Shown here: one piece after another, positions 36,066 through 50,239 of the stretch
How positions within the stretch are numbered: the stretch's first letter is position 1
How the letters are laid out: each line of letters starts with the position of its first letter
Source: Camelus ferus
Lineage: Eukaryota
Assembly: GCF_009834535.1 (NCBI RefSeq)
Contig: NC_045698.1
Coordinates: 4,900,001-4,964,000, forward strand
Direction: 5' to 3'
DNA: 64,000 bases
Notes under the pieces: model-generated
The model's database searches: none
Seen by the model: only the letters and a program-made list of their open reading frames with translations
What the model was told of the DNA's origin: nothing
Position numbers and translations under genes: made by a program

Positions 36066-38664
36066 TTTATATAAATAAATATATTAATGTCAAGGCTGTG
36101 GAGAGTAACAACAGTATAACCTCAGAGGGAGGCTGATGCCATCTAGACATAAGCAAGGTTCGCTTTGTCATCTTTCAAATTCTGCCACATTCCACTCCTG
36201 ACTTTCCTCTATGAAGTTTTCAGGATTGTAGTTCTAACCCCCTTATGTATCATTCTTTCCCAAATAGTGCATTTCGCTCTGTTTCTGTGTCAATGAATTG
36301 TCTTTTATGAAGGGAGGGCCTTTGAAAAGAAAAAAGTACTTGGGCTGTTCAAAAGATGCTCATAGAACTTCTTTTAAAGTCAAAAAATTATTCACAAAAT
36401 TTTGACTAGGGGATATAGAATGACAAACACTGCTTCCATATGGTTTTCTGTAAAACTGCTCAATACTAAAGCTCTTAAACAATTAATGCCTCTTATTCCA
36501 TTTACTAAATATGTTAATTCGATATTTTACACAAAAGTTAATGGAATTCAAATACATTTTGAAAATTAGTATTAATTATGGTGGGTACATGTTCTAAAGG
36601 GTTCTCGCCCTCCAAAGTCAATGTTTCCATTAACATAACTATTTTCATCAACCCCAAACTCATTAAAGAATGAACTATGGCATAGTTATAGGATTACATC
36701 TGAAGGATTGTTTTTTAATGAAAGCATCTTTTTATTGCCAACTTCTTAGTAAGGGAAAGCAAACTGCTTTTTGAGATCAAAATGAGAGTTTTTAACCTAA
36801 ACGTATTTGGTATCCAAAATATGGACGAAATATAGGTGACTGAAAAGAGCAGTCCCTGAAATTTCACTAAGGAATTTCAGGTAAGAGCCAAGGAAAGCGT
36901 TGTTGAAACAGTGCCCCAAACAGGAGGACTCGCTGGAGCTGCGGCCTTCCAGCAGCCGCATAGTTTCAACAGCGGAACTTGGAAACTGGCAGAAAAATGC
37001 AAAGTGTATCTCCAGCTGCCTTCTCTGGTTTCTTCCTGGCTGTTCACTTGGTTTATTTAACATCATTTTCTTTCTCTTCTAAACTTCTAAGGGACAGAGA
37101 TGTGCAGTCATTCTGTTTTAAAAGCTGTTCTGCCTACTTTCAGCTGCTCTGCACCAGACATATATGTTCCTTGAGGCTATAGTTAGCATTTTTGCTAATA
37201 TCCCAAGGGATTTAGAGAAAAGCTCCATCCATACGGATATGTAATATGCATGCTGAAAATTATTTGTTCAGCTAAGAGTTGGCGTCTAAGTAAATGATCT
37301 ATATTACTGTTAGAAAAATCCAATTTATTCTCTCATTCTGTGCATTTGCACATATGGATTCTTTTAAACTTGCTTAAAGTTAGGCAAGCCTTGTGGATCT
37401 CCTTTGTGAAGCTGATGTTTAACCGAGAAATGTTAACAAATCGATGGCTGGAATATTCAGATGGACCGAATACTTTGACTGTTTAGAAAAAGACTTACAG
37501 AAAAATTCCCAATTTAGCTATGCTGTCATGCTATGTCAGCACCGCATGAGACACACTTGGCATAGCATTTGTGTTATGAGTAGGTTTCAAAATTTGAACT
37601 ATTGTTTGATAAGATTTGAGAATTTTTGAATTATTTTATAGATAGGGAAAATTAAGTATGCGAAATATGTTGTGACGGCTGGAATTGAGAAAGATAATTC
37701 TATTTCAATACTGGATCCAAACAGAACATGTAAGAGACCTAGAATTACGTGTGGGTTAAGATGATGAGTTCAGTCATTAGGTTAAACTATATGAAGTACC
37801 TGCTGTTTGCCAGCTTTGCCCGATAGGGCAATGATTTACTATGGATCAACTTAACATATAAGGTAACGATTCAATTTGAATTCATGTCAATTCATTTCTG
37901 AATTGATCTAGCTCCTAAAGACGGAGAAAGTAGGAGTGTATTGGGTATGTTGGGAGAAAATTGGGTCTATTTAGTGAGATAAGGAGAGTGGTCTCTGTTT
38001 TCTCTCTGAGAGTGCAGTTAAGCTGGGTAAGCCTCAGCCGCAGAGGAGGGTTCCTGGCAGGGACAGTCTCACTGTCTCCCTTACTCATCCTGTTAACCTT
38101 GAGCATCACTCTTTACAGTAAAGGGACGTCATCTATGCTACAGTCATCAACGAGATTAGCCATGTGTGTAGACCCCTGGGGTGTGCACAGCGACCGTGAT
38201 ACCAGCTTCCAGAGGGTGGCCGGGAGCATTCTCTGCTGTCCCTGCGGCCAGGACGCGGGACTGTGCTGTGCTACGTGGGACAGCCAGTGCCAGTGAATGG
38301 TAGTTGCGTCTGGAGGGATGTTCCAAGGTAAAGAGTGAGGACCTTGTCACTGGATTTGATGTTAGGTAGCACCACCCAGGAAGTTCACAACCCACTCACG
38401 TTAGCAATAGACAGGTGAGCTGTCATTCTGCCCTCTTCTTGTTCAGGACAAATCTGGAGAGAAAAGTACAACTTACTCAAATGGAAGGAGGGCTGCGGGG
38501 GTATGTGGTGACTCAGGTGATGGTACCAGCAGCAGGGACTCGAGAGAGGAAGTGTCTGACCAGCCCTCACTGCCTGGATGCTTTCCACACCAATGTCTTT
38601 CCTCATGTCCTCTTGCTGTCTAAAGTCCTGTCTTCCTCCTCCGAACTAAACAACAAGCAAGTAA

Positions 38665-38970
38665 ACAAAAAGGAATGATAAAACCTCATGCACATGCAAT
38701 GACTTGGATGAACCTCAAAAATATTACACTGAATTAAAGAAGCCAGACACAAAAGACCGCATAGTGTATGATTATATTTAAATGAAATGTCCAGAAAAGG
38801 CAAATCTGTAGAGACAGAAATTACCTTGGTGGTTGCTTGGAGCTGGAGATGGAAGTGGGGGTTAACTATAAACCATACTTTGGTAACTTTGCTAAAAGTC
38901 ATGAATTGTACATTTAAAACAGATGAATTTTATGGTCTATAAATTACCCTTCAATAAAGCTGTTTTAAAA
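38665..38970 (+). mobile_element. L1MB/ME 3' end
   Basis: 'tggatgaacctcaaaaatattacactgaattaaagaagccagacacaaaag...tccagaaaaggcaaatctgtagagacagaaa...tcaataaagctg'. Confidence 0.8.
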
Positions 38971-39139
38971 TTCAGTGCAATCATTTGAAACTATTAAGTC
39001 TGATGAGTAAATTCAGTACAAAAATTAGTTAAAATATTGATACTTGAAAACCAGTAGTTTTTTTCTAATAAACTAGTAATAACCAATTAGAACATTTAAT
39101 CGAAAAAAAGTTTCCAATTTTAAAAGCAACAAACATTCT

Positions 39140-39272
39140 TTGCCTCAGCCTCCTCACCTGTAAATGGGGATGGTAGTTTCTGTTTCATAAATACGTTGTA
39201 AGGATTAAATGAAGTAATATTTGCAGTGTGGAGAATGCCACCTTGGGATATAAGACGTGCTTATAATGCTAT
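39140..39272 (+). mobile_element. MIR SINE 3' half
   Basis: 'gcctcagcctcctcacctgtaaatggggat...gttgtaaggattaaatgaagtaata'. Confidence 0.75.
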
Positions 39273-42200
39273 TAAATCTGAATACTCAGTCACAAGGTAT
39301 AGAAATAAGAATATTTATTATAACATTTTTGGTAGAAGTGAAAAATTAAAAATAACCTAACATTCATTAATTTAAGAATGATTATGTAAATAAAGCCAAT
39401 ACCATGAATACTATATAGTCTCTCATGACATGGGTCCACATGCTTTAGCCTACAAAAATCTCAGGACACACTGCTAGTTGAAAACAGCAAGTTACAGAAC
39501 AATGAAAATAGACTGGTTCTATTTAAGTTAAAAACATGTTGTGTGTGTACGTGAGTGCATAAATTAGTCACACAACAGGTTCTGAGATGAACGCACCGAT
39601 CTGGAGTGTGGGTGATAAGTGAGAGAGAAAGAGAGAGGACTTTAACTTTGTACTTTGCATTTCTGTATTTCTGAGATATTTAAACACAAGAATATATTAA
39701 ATAAGACTTGCATATTTGGTTAAAGGGGGAAAATGAAACAGATGGGCTGCCCTACCTGCCTCCCGGGGGGACTGCCATGACCCGGGAGACTCAGGATGGA
39801 AAGAACAGGACACCACAGGGGGCACAAGAGCCTCACATCTGATGTGTTCAGTAGGCGACAGCTTTTCAAGCTTTTTGAGTGATTACCTGTACACTTCTAG
39901 GAGCGGAATAGAAGAAATGCTGCTTCACAGGTCAACTTGAAAGGCATGATGACAGACTTAAAATATACATGAAGAAACTTTAAGCTACAGAGTGTATCAA
40001 TCCATCTTACATTTTTCTAAATTGGGTAAAACTATGACTTTTGAATTGTGTTGCAAAGAAGACATTTGTTCGGAAATTTGAAAGTGCAATTAATATTGGA
40101 AGAACACTGCCATCAACAACTTGCTTAAGACATGGTGTCGTCCAGAGTTAAAATAAAATATTCTCGCTTGTGCAGTGGGTGGGCTGGCTAAGGAAATCCT
40201 AAGAGATACACACTTATAAACAAAAGCCCAGCTTTCATCTTTCAGGCTTTTATCTAATTTGAAATGTTCTGAGTGGGAGAGCTTCCATCCATCGTCCTGA
40301 GAGCCTTTCTATTAATCAAATATTTTCTATTATCAGGAAGCATTTCCTGACATTCAGTCTAAATTTTTATCCATCTTATGGCATTATGTAATTTAGTTAA
40401 TTATATTATCCTATTTGCAGATCAAAAATGATATTTATCTTGTTATCCATTTTCTTGTTATTGCACAGTAATTACATGGATCTAAAGCATATGGGAAGTG
40501 AAGTGACCATCATTTTCTTATATTTGTTTCTTGTGTCCCATTGATATAAAGAGTCAGATCAATAGAAAACAGAATACAGGGTGATCATGTGCCACCACAC
40601 GATTGGTCACTATCAATATCTAGGCAGGAAGAGAAAGTGCGTGTTTGCCTACGAAGGTTGTTTTCTGCCTCGAGAAGCGAAATATTTGGTAATCTATTTT
40701 TGTTTGCCTGAGTTTCTCCTGCTGGCTATTAGCAACTGCTATAGAAGAGAAACAGAGAGAGAAAATTATAAGAATCAGTCTTAAGATTCTGAAATTAATA
40801 GCAAAAAAGTTATTCCATCTTGTTTGCATGTAATGCATGTAACCCAAAGCTGGCTCAGGCAGGAGGGAACTGTTAGGCTCTGAAAAAGCAGAAGTAAGCG
40901 AGAAACGTTGTCAGATAAATAGGAAAGAGAAAGCCCTGCTGATTACGAGTCACGTGGGCTGCCTCTGCGGCAGGTGCCTGCAGCAACTATTTCCCAAAGC
41001 GTGGTTGATAAAAACAGGAGATGGGAAAATCAATACTTTGGGCCAATACCGGTCACAGTTCATTAAGACAGCAAGCTTGGGACAAGCCAGGGACAAATAT
41101 GCCTTTCCTCTCGAGCATCTGAATCGAATTCCCCAGGCTTCCGCCTTCTCTCCTGAGTCACTGGGTCCCCATGGTCTTTTACACCCTAATAACTGGAGAG
41201 CCAGCATCACTGAATGCACTTCTGGACATATTTCACATGATGAAACCATAGACAGCCATATGAGAAATCTTAAAAACTCAAAATACCCCACAGGTCCCAA
41301 CTCCTGTGCTATTTCATACCAGCCCACTACCTTCCTCTCCACATTTAAACATGCCCATTTTCTTGAAATAGTAATCACTAAGGTACAGAAACTTGCTTTA
41401 AAATACTCATGGTCATATTTAGTGGAAATACATTGATTTAAATCCACCCATAATCTTGACTTTTAAGGGCTATTAAATTTTAATTTAATAAAAATGACAT
41501 TGAGTGCATTTAAAAAACTACTCAAATACATGTTTTGTTTCTCTTATTAACTAATTTAACCTTACCACAAACTCAGGAAATAACTTAGCTCGTGGTGTGA
41601 GAAGACATACTAGGGTAGCCCTTGGATGGGCAGAACTCCATCAGTATCTGTTCCTGAGCACGGAGGTGGTGCATCTGGGGCCACAGCATTATTGACAATA
41701 TTTGGTGTGAAACACAAAGCATGAAAAATAGACTGGATGATGACCACAGAAGTGATTCAGGGACAGGTTGCAAGAGTCTTAAGAGCTGTATCAGAGACTT
41801 GGTATTCTAAGGACCAAATCTCAAAAGGAAGGCCCAGAGTAGTTTTCTGTTTCCCTTTGTCATCAGCACTAGAGCCATCTAGAAAGTAGTAAGCCTAGCG
41901 AGCTTAAGTTAACGTTCAAGTCCCCCTAATTTCCGGTCCGCCCGCCTCCCGCTGCCTTCTTTCGGCACATCCAATAGTAAGGACAATTCCTTTTAAACTA
42001 ATTTATTTCTGGGCAGCATTTCCTCCCTTGAGGACAATGCATCCTGCTCAGTGAGCACTTCAGACCTCAGAACATTGTAATCTAACAAAAGGCAGAATCA
42101 TCTCCACCAAATGCAGAAATCTGATTACGTAGTGGGTGAAGACTGAGCTCCCTTGAGTTTGCCCTCGGGCCAGACTCACCAGTGCGGACTCTCCTCCCAC

Positions 42201-42544
42201 GTCCAGCAAGGGAGCTGGGGCTCCAGTTAAGCCGACCTTCCCTGAGAGGGTCAAGAGCCCCGGGCAGCACATCCATCCGGGGCGCAAGGGTGTCCTCCAG
42301 AGTGGCTGGAGGGCCAGTGGGGACACAGCAGCCTCGCTAAAGGGATCCCAGTCCCAGATTTGAAGGGACCATCCTTCCAAAGTTCTCAGAAGATTGCTGG
42401 GCACGTGCAGTGTGTCCCAGTGCCCGTCTCCTGTCTCTCATGTGCTAATTTTCCTCCTGGATCACCTTTCCTGGAGTTCTAGAATCTTCAGTCAGGGACA
42501 TTCAATAAATCATACAGGCTTGACCAGTATCTTTTTATTGGTTG

Positions 42545-43778
42545 ATTGATTGATTGAAGTATAGTTGATTTACAGTGTTGTAGCTTCTGGTGTACAGCAT
42601 AGTGGTTCAGTTATACATTTATATATATATTCTTTTTCATATTCATTCTCATTGTAGGTTATTACAAGCTATTGAGTATGGTTCCCATGCTGCTGTACCA
42701 TAGGACCTTGTTGTTTATCTAATCTGTATATAGTAGTTTATATCTGCTAGTCCCAAACTCTTAATTTATCCCTCCCCAATCCCGTTCCCCTTTGGTAACC
42801 ATAAATTTGTTTTCTATGTCTGTGAGTCTCTTTCTGGTTTGTAAATAAGTTCATTTGTGTCATTTTTTAATAAGATTCCACATGGAAGTGATATCATATG
42901 ATTTTGTCTTCCTCTGTCTGACTTACTGCACTTAGTATAATTTCTAGGTCCATCCACATCGCTGCAGATGGCGTTATTTAATTTTTTATGGCTGAGTAGT
43001 AGTCTATTGTACATACGTATATATATGTATGCGTATGTATGTATGTATATATATACAGCACAATTCCTGTGCTTCCATGTCCTGGCTACTGTATATAGTG
43101 CTGCTAGGAACATTGGGGAGCATGTAAGACAGGATACCATAATCTCCCAGAATATTGGCAAGACATTTTCTGATATAAATGGTAGCAATGTTTTCCTAAG
43201 TCAGTCTAACAATGCAACAGAAACAAAAGCAAAAATAAATAAATGGAATCTAATCAAACTTACAAGTTTTTGCACAACAAAGGAAACCATAAACAAAAGG
43301 AAAAGACAACCTACAGAAATGGAGGAAATATTTGCAGGTGATGCAACTGACAAGAGCTTAACTTCCAGAATATAGAAGCAGCTCATGCAACTCAATAACA
43401 AAAAGCAAACAAATTACCCAATCAAAAAATTGGCAGAAGACCTAAACAGACATTTCTCCAATGAAGACATACAGGTGGCCAATAGGCACATGAAAAGATG
43501 CTCACTATCGCTAATTATCAGAGAAATGCAAATCAAAACTACAGTGAGGTATCACCTCACACCAGTCCGAATGACCATCATTAAAAAATCCACAAATGAT
43601 AAATGCTGGAAAGGGTGTGGAAAAAAGGAAACCCTCCTACATTGCTGATAGGAATGTAGTTTGGGGCAGCCACTATGGAAAACAGTACACAGATTCCTTA
43701 AAAAACTAAAAATATACTTAACCATATGAACCAGCAATCCTGGACATATATCTGGAGAAAACTCCAATTCAGAAAGAT
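42545..43778 (-). mobile_element. Young camelid L1 with 5' inversion
   Basis: 42545-~43126 is antisense 3' UTR/ORF2 end; ~43127-43778 is sense ORF2 ([49 protein letters not shown]); the two pieces are contiguous in L1 ('cagaaagat|acatgc'). Confidence 0.88.
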
Positions 43779-45864
43779 TTATATGTATATTTTTTTTCAG
43801 ATTCTTTTCCGTTATAGTTTATTACAGGATATTGAATATAGTTCCCTGTGCTCTACAGCAGGCACTCGTTCCAGTCTTCTTTCAGACCAGCTATTTCTAA
43901 ATTCTTTCTCTCTTGGCACATAACTCTCCCATCTTCTTGGGATTATACCTGAGGTTTCTAGGTCTCTAATCTCCTGGTGGCACCATAACTAATAAAGCGT
44001 TTTGTAAAATAATCTCACTCAACTCAATATTTAGTTCTCTTAGAAAAGAAATTGGTATAATGTAATTAGATAAACAACTTTCATCCTTGTCTTAAGAGGA
44101 GATGGTGTCACCCTTTTAAAAGAAAACACCAAAGGGGCATCAGCACTGGCCAACACTGCCTCCTAAAAGTAGGTCAGAACCGCTGCCACTCCGGGCTTAA
44201 AAAATGTTGTATTGTCAGAGACCGTCTTTTTCGTCCTGGTAATTCTCCTCTGGATCTTCTCTCTGCTCCCATCCACCAACTTTTCATCCCCTTTCCTCAC
44301 CCCACCCCTCATGTGGTGCCAAGGGCCAACCAAAGCCATGAAAAAATAACACACGTATTTCTCAGACAGAATCTTCTCCATTAGCCATTACAGCTCCTAA
44401 AACACTCCAATATGTCAAAGCCTTGCCCAGTCCAATGATTTTGGAAAACCCTACTCAAAAATAAACTTTGTTCTGGAGAAATGTGAAAAGTTCCCACTGA
44501 AAACAAACTCCGCTCTTTCACTGGGAAAAGTAAAACGACTCTTGGCAAAAATCAAAGCGCCGCTGGTTAACGGAGACGGTTACGTCTGCTTGGCCCGACC
44601 TTGGACTGACGCCCTCTACAAAGTTTAACTGGTTTCACGCACTCTGCCCGGCGCTGGGTTTCCTGTTTGTCTGATCAAGGCAGCAAAGTACACCGTGTAT
44701 TCATTCTCCTCACAGGGCATATCCTGTTTCACTCACTAATTGTCAAGATTTGGGAAAAGGTTGACTAAGCTTATCTAAACACCTAGTACAAATAAGACGT
44801 TTTTGAACGTCTATCTCTTCTAAAAGATAACAGAAACCAAAGTGCATACTAATTATAAAATACCTTGATCTACTTAACAATCTTGCCCAAGGAATTTACC
44901 ATTTCAACAATAATATTAATATACTCATGACATTTTTGTTAATGTTTTACAGATTAGAAAGTGTGCATATATATAATTTTATTCACTTTAAAAACAGCAT
45001 TTGGAAATAGGTAATATTAGTTTTCTCGTTTTATTATAGGTGACAAATTTGTAGTTCAAACAATGTACATAATTGGGCTCAGAAACATATAGCCAAGGTG
45101 GTAACCAGAGTTTCCATTGTGCCACATCACCTCCCGTGAATTCTTAGACTGAAGAATGGGGAGTTCATGAGCTGATAGTTAGTGATAAACACAAGAGGAG
45201 CAGAGGGGTTCCTGACGCTGTATCTGAAGCTTGCCCCCCCCCTTCTTTCCAAAGCGATACAGCACTGCATTATAGCCTTGTCATCATGAGCTGCTCAGTG
45301 GCACAAAACGAGGACCCCAGCTCATGGGGGCACAGAGGTGCTCCTCCCACTCTGAACAGTGTCGTGGCACGGAAGACCAAGGAACACCACCGCGGTACAC
45401 GCTGTCTCTTGTAGCACGGTGGGAGGACACGAGGGAGACTCTTAACCTTGCCATCTCTGTTCTTTGATGCTAAAAGTTTAACAGATAGAATTTGAGCGCA
45501 TTTGATGGTGGGATTAGAGAGGTTCATCTTTGATTCTTTTTGAACGATGTGATTGTGCTGCCCGTGACGCTGTACGTGTTAGACGGCAAGATATTCTGAT
45601 TGGCCCTGGCACAGCGCACCCACTCCTCGGTTCAATTACAGAAGAACACAGCTGGTGCACCCTTTGTAAGAACAGGTTTTGACACAGGGTCAAAGCATTA
45701 CAGTCTCTCCCAGAAGCTCTGTGAGGACGGTGCTGTTTCCTTATTGCCTAGGAAAGTGCCTAATGCATCATAAAAGGTGAATAAGTAATATTCGGATGGA
45801 TTAACCATATATATCTAAAACTCAACACTTTCTCAAATCTGACCATCCTAATCTTAGGGCGGCG

Positions 45865-46308
45865 TGGTGGAGTAGAGACTTATCATTACCCCAGCACTCA
45901 TCCCCCCTGTTCCTTCCTGTAACAAGATCCTTAGTTTCTATCTGGGTGCATGGCCAGTTAGAAGAAAGACTGAATTTCTCCCTCTCCCTGGCAGCTAGGC
46001 ATGATCGTGTGGCTTGGTTCTGACACGTAGGTGAAACGGGAATCTTGTTCAAGTTCAGGGGGGTACACCTGCCTCCTTCCTGCTAACTGAGCTGTGTGTG
46101 GCGGCTGGCAGGCCAGAGGCCACGATGTAAAAATTGCATGTTGAGGGCGGTGCAGTGACTCTGCAGACGCGGTCAGGGCCCCTGACAACCACAGCGCTGG
46201 TACCAGACGTCGTTTACACTAGCAGTAAATAAACCTCAATCTTGAGTAAACCGCCGCTATTTTAGGTTTTCCATCACTCACAGTCAAAACTAATCCTAAT
46301 GGATGCAA
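45865..46308 (+). mobile_element. MLT1I/J-type MaLR LTR
   Basis: 'aagactgaatttctccctctccctggcagctaggcatg', 3' end 'aataaacctcaatcttgagtaaaccgccgctattttagg...ctaatcctaatggatgca'. Confidence 0.7.
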
Positions 46309-48759
46309 ATGGATTGTCATACACAGTATTAGTGACAGAGAAATAGATATATCTTTCCAGAATACATTTATAAAGTTACCTGAGAGTTGGCTTAGCACAG
46401 CATGTCATTTTATGGATAGATTCTGATTTTTGTGTTTCCTGAAAATGAAGAGTATGACGTGTTGCTCTGGCTGTAATCAATATTGATGTGTGTTCAGAAG
46501 CCCAGTCGCTTAACTGAGTGGCGTGGTAGAGGGTTTCAGAAGGAACATCTCACACCTTGCTTCCTGCCGTCTGCCATCAGTGCTCAGTACATGGGGTTTG
46601 TAGGGAGGGGGATTATTGAAGATAAAAGGGAAGAAACTTGACAGCTCAGCACCTTCTCAATCTGGTTTCTGCATCACAGCTTTACTCTTTGGTTTGAAGC
46701 AAATTCTCAAAAAACAAAAACAAACAAACAAAAAAAAGACATAGATTTCCAGAGGCATGGCAAAGCATCAGACCAGAGATCCAGAGTAATTGCTTCTCTG
46801 TTAACCTGGTGCACTGTCTCTGAGAAAACTGATTCCTACCCGTGGCTTCAGACATCACCTCGACCCTAGTGACATTATGTCCTTTTGTTTCTCAACGTTT
46901 TTTAAGCAATGCTTTCTTAATCCACTCTGTGTTAATTCTTAAAGCCAATGTTTTATCAAAATTCATTTTATTTCTTTTTTATTAAAGAAAAATTTCCATA
47001 ATAAATCAGCTTTTTTACTACCAGCGCCTCTCAGGATAATTTTCTCCCCCATCCCAGTGGGGTTTATTGCCCCCACTCTCTCTTTCTTGTTAAGAATTAC
47101 TGCTTTCCTCTTGGTCTTATGTTCAGTTGTACCTTGGAGACATCCCATACACAGATTTTTCAAACTCAGCATTTTCCTCTGTGAAGCTAATATCTTCATC
47201 CTCCCTTCCATCCTCTCTTCTTCATGTTGATGACACCACAATAATAGTATCAAACTTCATCAAAGTGCACGTCTGAAATGCGTGCAGTTTACTGTGCACG
47301 AACCATGCCATAATAAAAAAACAACAGTCTTAGTGACGTGAGCCAGAAACCTGGGAGTTATTCAAGACTTTGTGTTCCATATTCGCATGGTCACCAGCTC
47401 ATCGACGCCAACTCACATGGCTTGCTTTTCATTCCTTTGGCCACTGCTTTATTTAATTTCTCTTCACTTCTTGCATGAATGTCATAGGAGTCTTCAAACT
47501 CTGCTTCCATCCTCAGCCCCCACTATTAAACCCTCCATCCTGCAAGTCACAGTGTTCTGGCCGCAGTGGAAACTTGGACAGCTAGCCTCCTAACTTCTGA
47601 GCTGAGCAAGTCTGAGCAGAGGACCTGACCGCTGCCTGGGTTTTTGGCCTCAGCTACCAGCCTTCCTTTTAAATCCTACACTTCTGCCTTTGCAGAGACC
47701 TGAAGTTCACGGCAGCTGGGGGCCTGGGTTCACCTCCATATTTTCATTTTCCTCCAGACAGCCTTTAAAAGTCAGCAGAACCACATGCTCTGGGACCCTC
47801 TCTTGACCCCTACCCCTGGCTAAGGATCAAGTTCTCCCCTGTGGAATCTGTTCAGCCAGATAGCAAGCACCCTAACAGCCGGGATTACCCTTTGCCTCTG
47901 TTTGCATCAAGTATGGAAATTCACATCTAATGGGTTCTTAAAAGTTAGTTGCTGAAATGAGTGTGTATCCACATCCATTTGAACCATCTGTGTCCAGTAA
48001 GAGTCAGATTCCCAGAATAGGCTTGTTTCTATCCATTCTCTACCTGTTTTTCCTACTGCAGAAAAAAAAAAAAAAGGGTAAAATCAGATAGATTAACTCA
48101 TTTCTATAGAGTAGTTTATTTTGAAGATTATATATTTCCTTCAAGTTCTACCTGACTTATTTTTCTCCAAAACACGGAACAAAAGCAGCCTTTCAACCTG
48201 GTTCTTTCATACTTTTATTTTATTTTATTTTTAGAGCTTCTGGCTTTGTGTGCAGGACACTCACAGATGATTAAAAAGCAGTGAAAACTGAACACTAGAG
48301 AATTTCTCTCTCATGGGGCAATCATGCTTGGCATGGCCAACGTTATTTGCAACAGTTGGTCAAGTACTTATCATCTAAGAAGAAGCAGAGCATGACCGAT
48401 CCTGTGTTGGAAAGAAGGCTACGGGGGATGAGAAGGAATTTAAGCTCACGGACTGTCTACTTTGTGTCAGACACTGTGTATGACTCACAACTTTGAACTA
48501 AACCCTCACAGACAACCTACAAAGTAGGCATTATCGCAGCTGGACAGCCAAGGACCGTGAGATAAAGGCAAAGGATGGTCTCAGCTATGAAGACAGACTC
48601 GCCCCCTTCTGGTCCCCTGACCACAGGAATCGTCATTATCACCCGTGGGAGCCCCTGGCGTGAAAACATTAATGTACGCTTCAGGTTGAAAACATTCCTG
48701 AATCTGTTTTTCTTTGATTCCGCTAGCTAAGGACTTGGCTGCATTTCATCATGTAGCTT

Positions 48760-49460
48760 TTTTTTTCCCCAATAAACTTTTACTTCAGAAGAGCTTTATG
48801 TTTATAGGAAAATTATAAAGCTAGTACAGGGAATTCTCACATACCTTACACATGGCTTCCTCTCGCGTTAACTTCTTACATTAGTGAGGTGCACGTGTCC
48901 CAATTAAAGAACCAGCTTTGTCCAGTCATCTGTCGAGATTTACAGATGTTAACTACTATATATAAAAATAGATTTTTTTAAAAAGTTTCTTCTGTATAGC
49001 ACAGAGAACTATGTTCAATATCTTATAATAACCTTTAATGAAAAGGAATATGAAATTGAAAATATGTATGTATATGCATGACTGGGGCATTGAGCTGTGC
49101 ACCAGAAATTGACACATTGTAACTGACTGTACTTGAATAAAAAATAAAATAAAATTTAATTTAATTTAAGTTAAAAAAAGAATAAATGAGTGAATGAATG
49201 AATGAATGAGAAAAGAACCAGCATTGATACATTATCATTAACTGAAGTCCACACTTTATTCAGATCTCCTTAGTTTTTACGTGAGGGCCTTCCTCTGTGC
49301 TGTGAGCCCACCCAGTCCAGGGCATTATGTGTAGTTGCCACGTGTCCTAGGCTCCTCTTGGTCTTGGCGATTTCTCAGATGTTTCTTGATTTGACGACCT
49401 TACCCGTACCGGTCAGGTATTTTGTAGAATGTCCCTCAACTTGTTATTTGTCTGATGTTT
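48760..49460 (-). mobile_element. L1MC 3' end hosting a young L1 insertion
   Basis: 'aataaacttttacttcagaagag...gtacagggaattctcacatacc' and 'ggtcaggtattttgtagaatgtccctcaa'. Confidence 0.8.
48917..49211 (+). mobile_element. Short young camelid L1 3' end with 11-bp TSD and micro 5' inversion
   Basis: TSD aaagaaccagc at 48906-48916 and 49212-49222; 'gagatttacagatgttaactactatatataaaa...accagaaattgacacattgtaactgactg'; first 18 nt look like antisense L1. Confidence 0.88.
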
Positions 49461-50239
49461 TCCACACAGATGTTTCATCAATGAAATGTGAGGAAGGAAC
49501 AGTGAAATGAACACCTCTGGTTTTTCCCCAATGCGCATGCTCCATCTACTTTGGCGTTTACGTGAACTCTTGGAGGAACCCACGTAACTCATGAAAGAGA
49601 GACAAGTAACTCACCAGGGACTCCAGTCGCCTGGATCAGCAGAGACGTTTCAGACGGAGCCTGAGCGAGGGGGTACGGTCAGCGGTGAGACTCATCCCTC
49701 AAGTATATTAGGGCAGCAACACACAGATAGACATAAGCGGACACTAGCATCTCACAGCTGTTACCCATCCAAAAATACACCCGGGCTTCAAAGACCTTCC
49801 TTTCTCCACCTTTTCCCGTAGCGTGCCTTCACTGCTACTGAGCTTTGATGGATAATTAACTGAGTGAGAGAACCACCTGAATGTTCACCTCTTCCCAGGC
49901 TTACGCAATTCATATGTTTTGAGTGTTGAAAATTACATTTTGGACTCTAAATCTCCAGAGATGCATGTTGGTAAGGATAAAGCTGAAATAAATGTTAAGA
50001 GAACGTGGTAATAAACTTTATATCCTCCTTACCCTGAGGGTCTGTAGGACTCTATGGGTTAATGGCTAGAACTCAAGGAAGTAATTAAGTAGAAGACAGG
50101 TGTCGCACGTGCTAACGGAATTTAGCTAATCCACTCAGTGATAGAAAATTAGCTTTCAGTAAATGTTCGCTGAATTGACTTGGACTAAAAAGGGAAGGGG
50201 CTACTGCAATGACAATGTTGATAATGAAAATCATACATA

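Noticed and set aside
40950..41447. Overlapping antiparallel ORFs of 160 and 165 aa
   Set aside because: No recognisable domain, non-ATG starts and no clear exon structure; ORFs of this size can arise by chance in 64 kb.
42968..43648. ORFs of 135 and 87 aa with real protein-like sequence
   Set aside because: They are truncated L1 ORF2 C-terminal fragments, not host genes.
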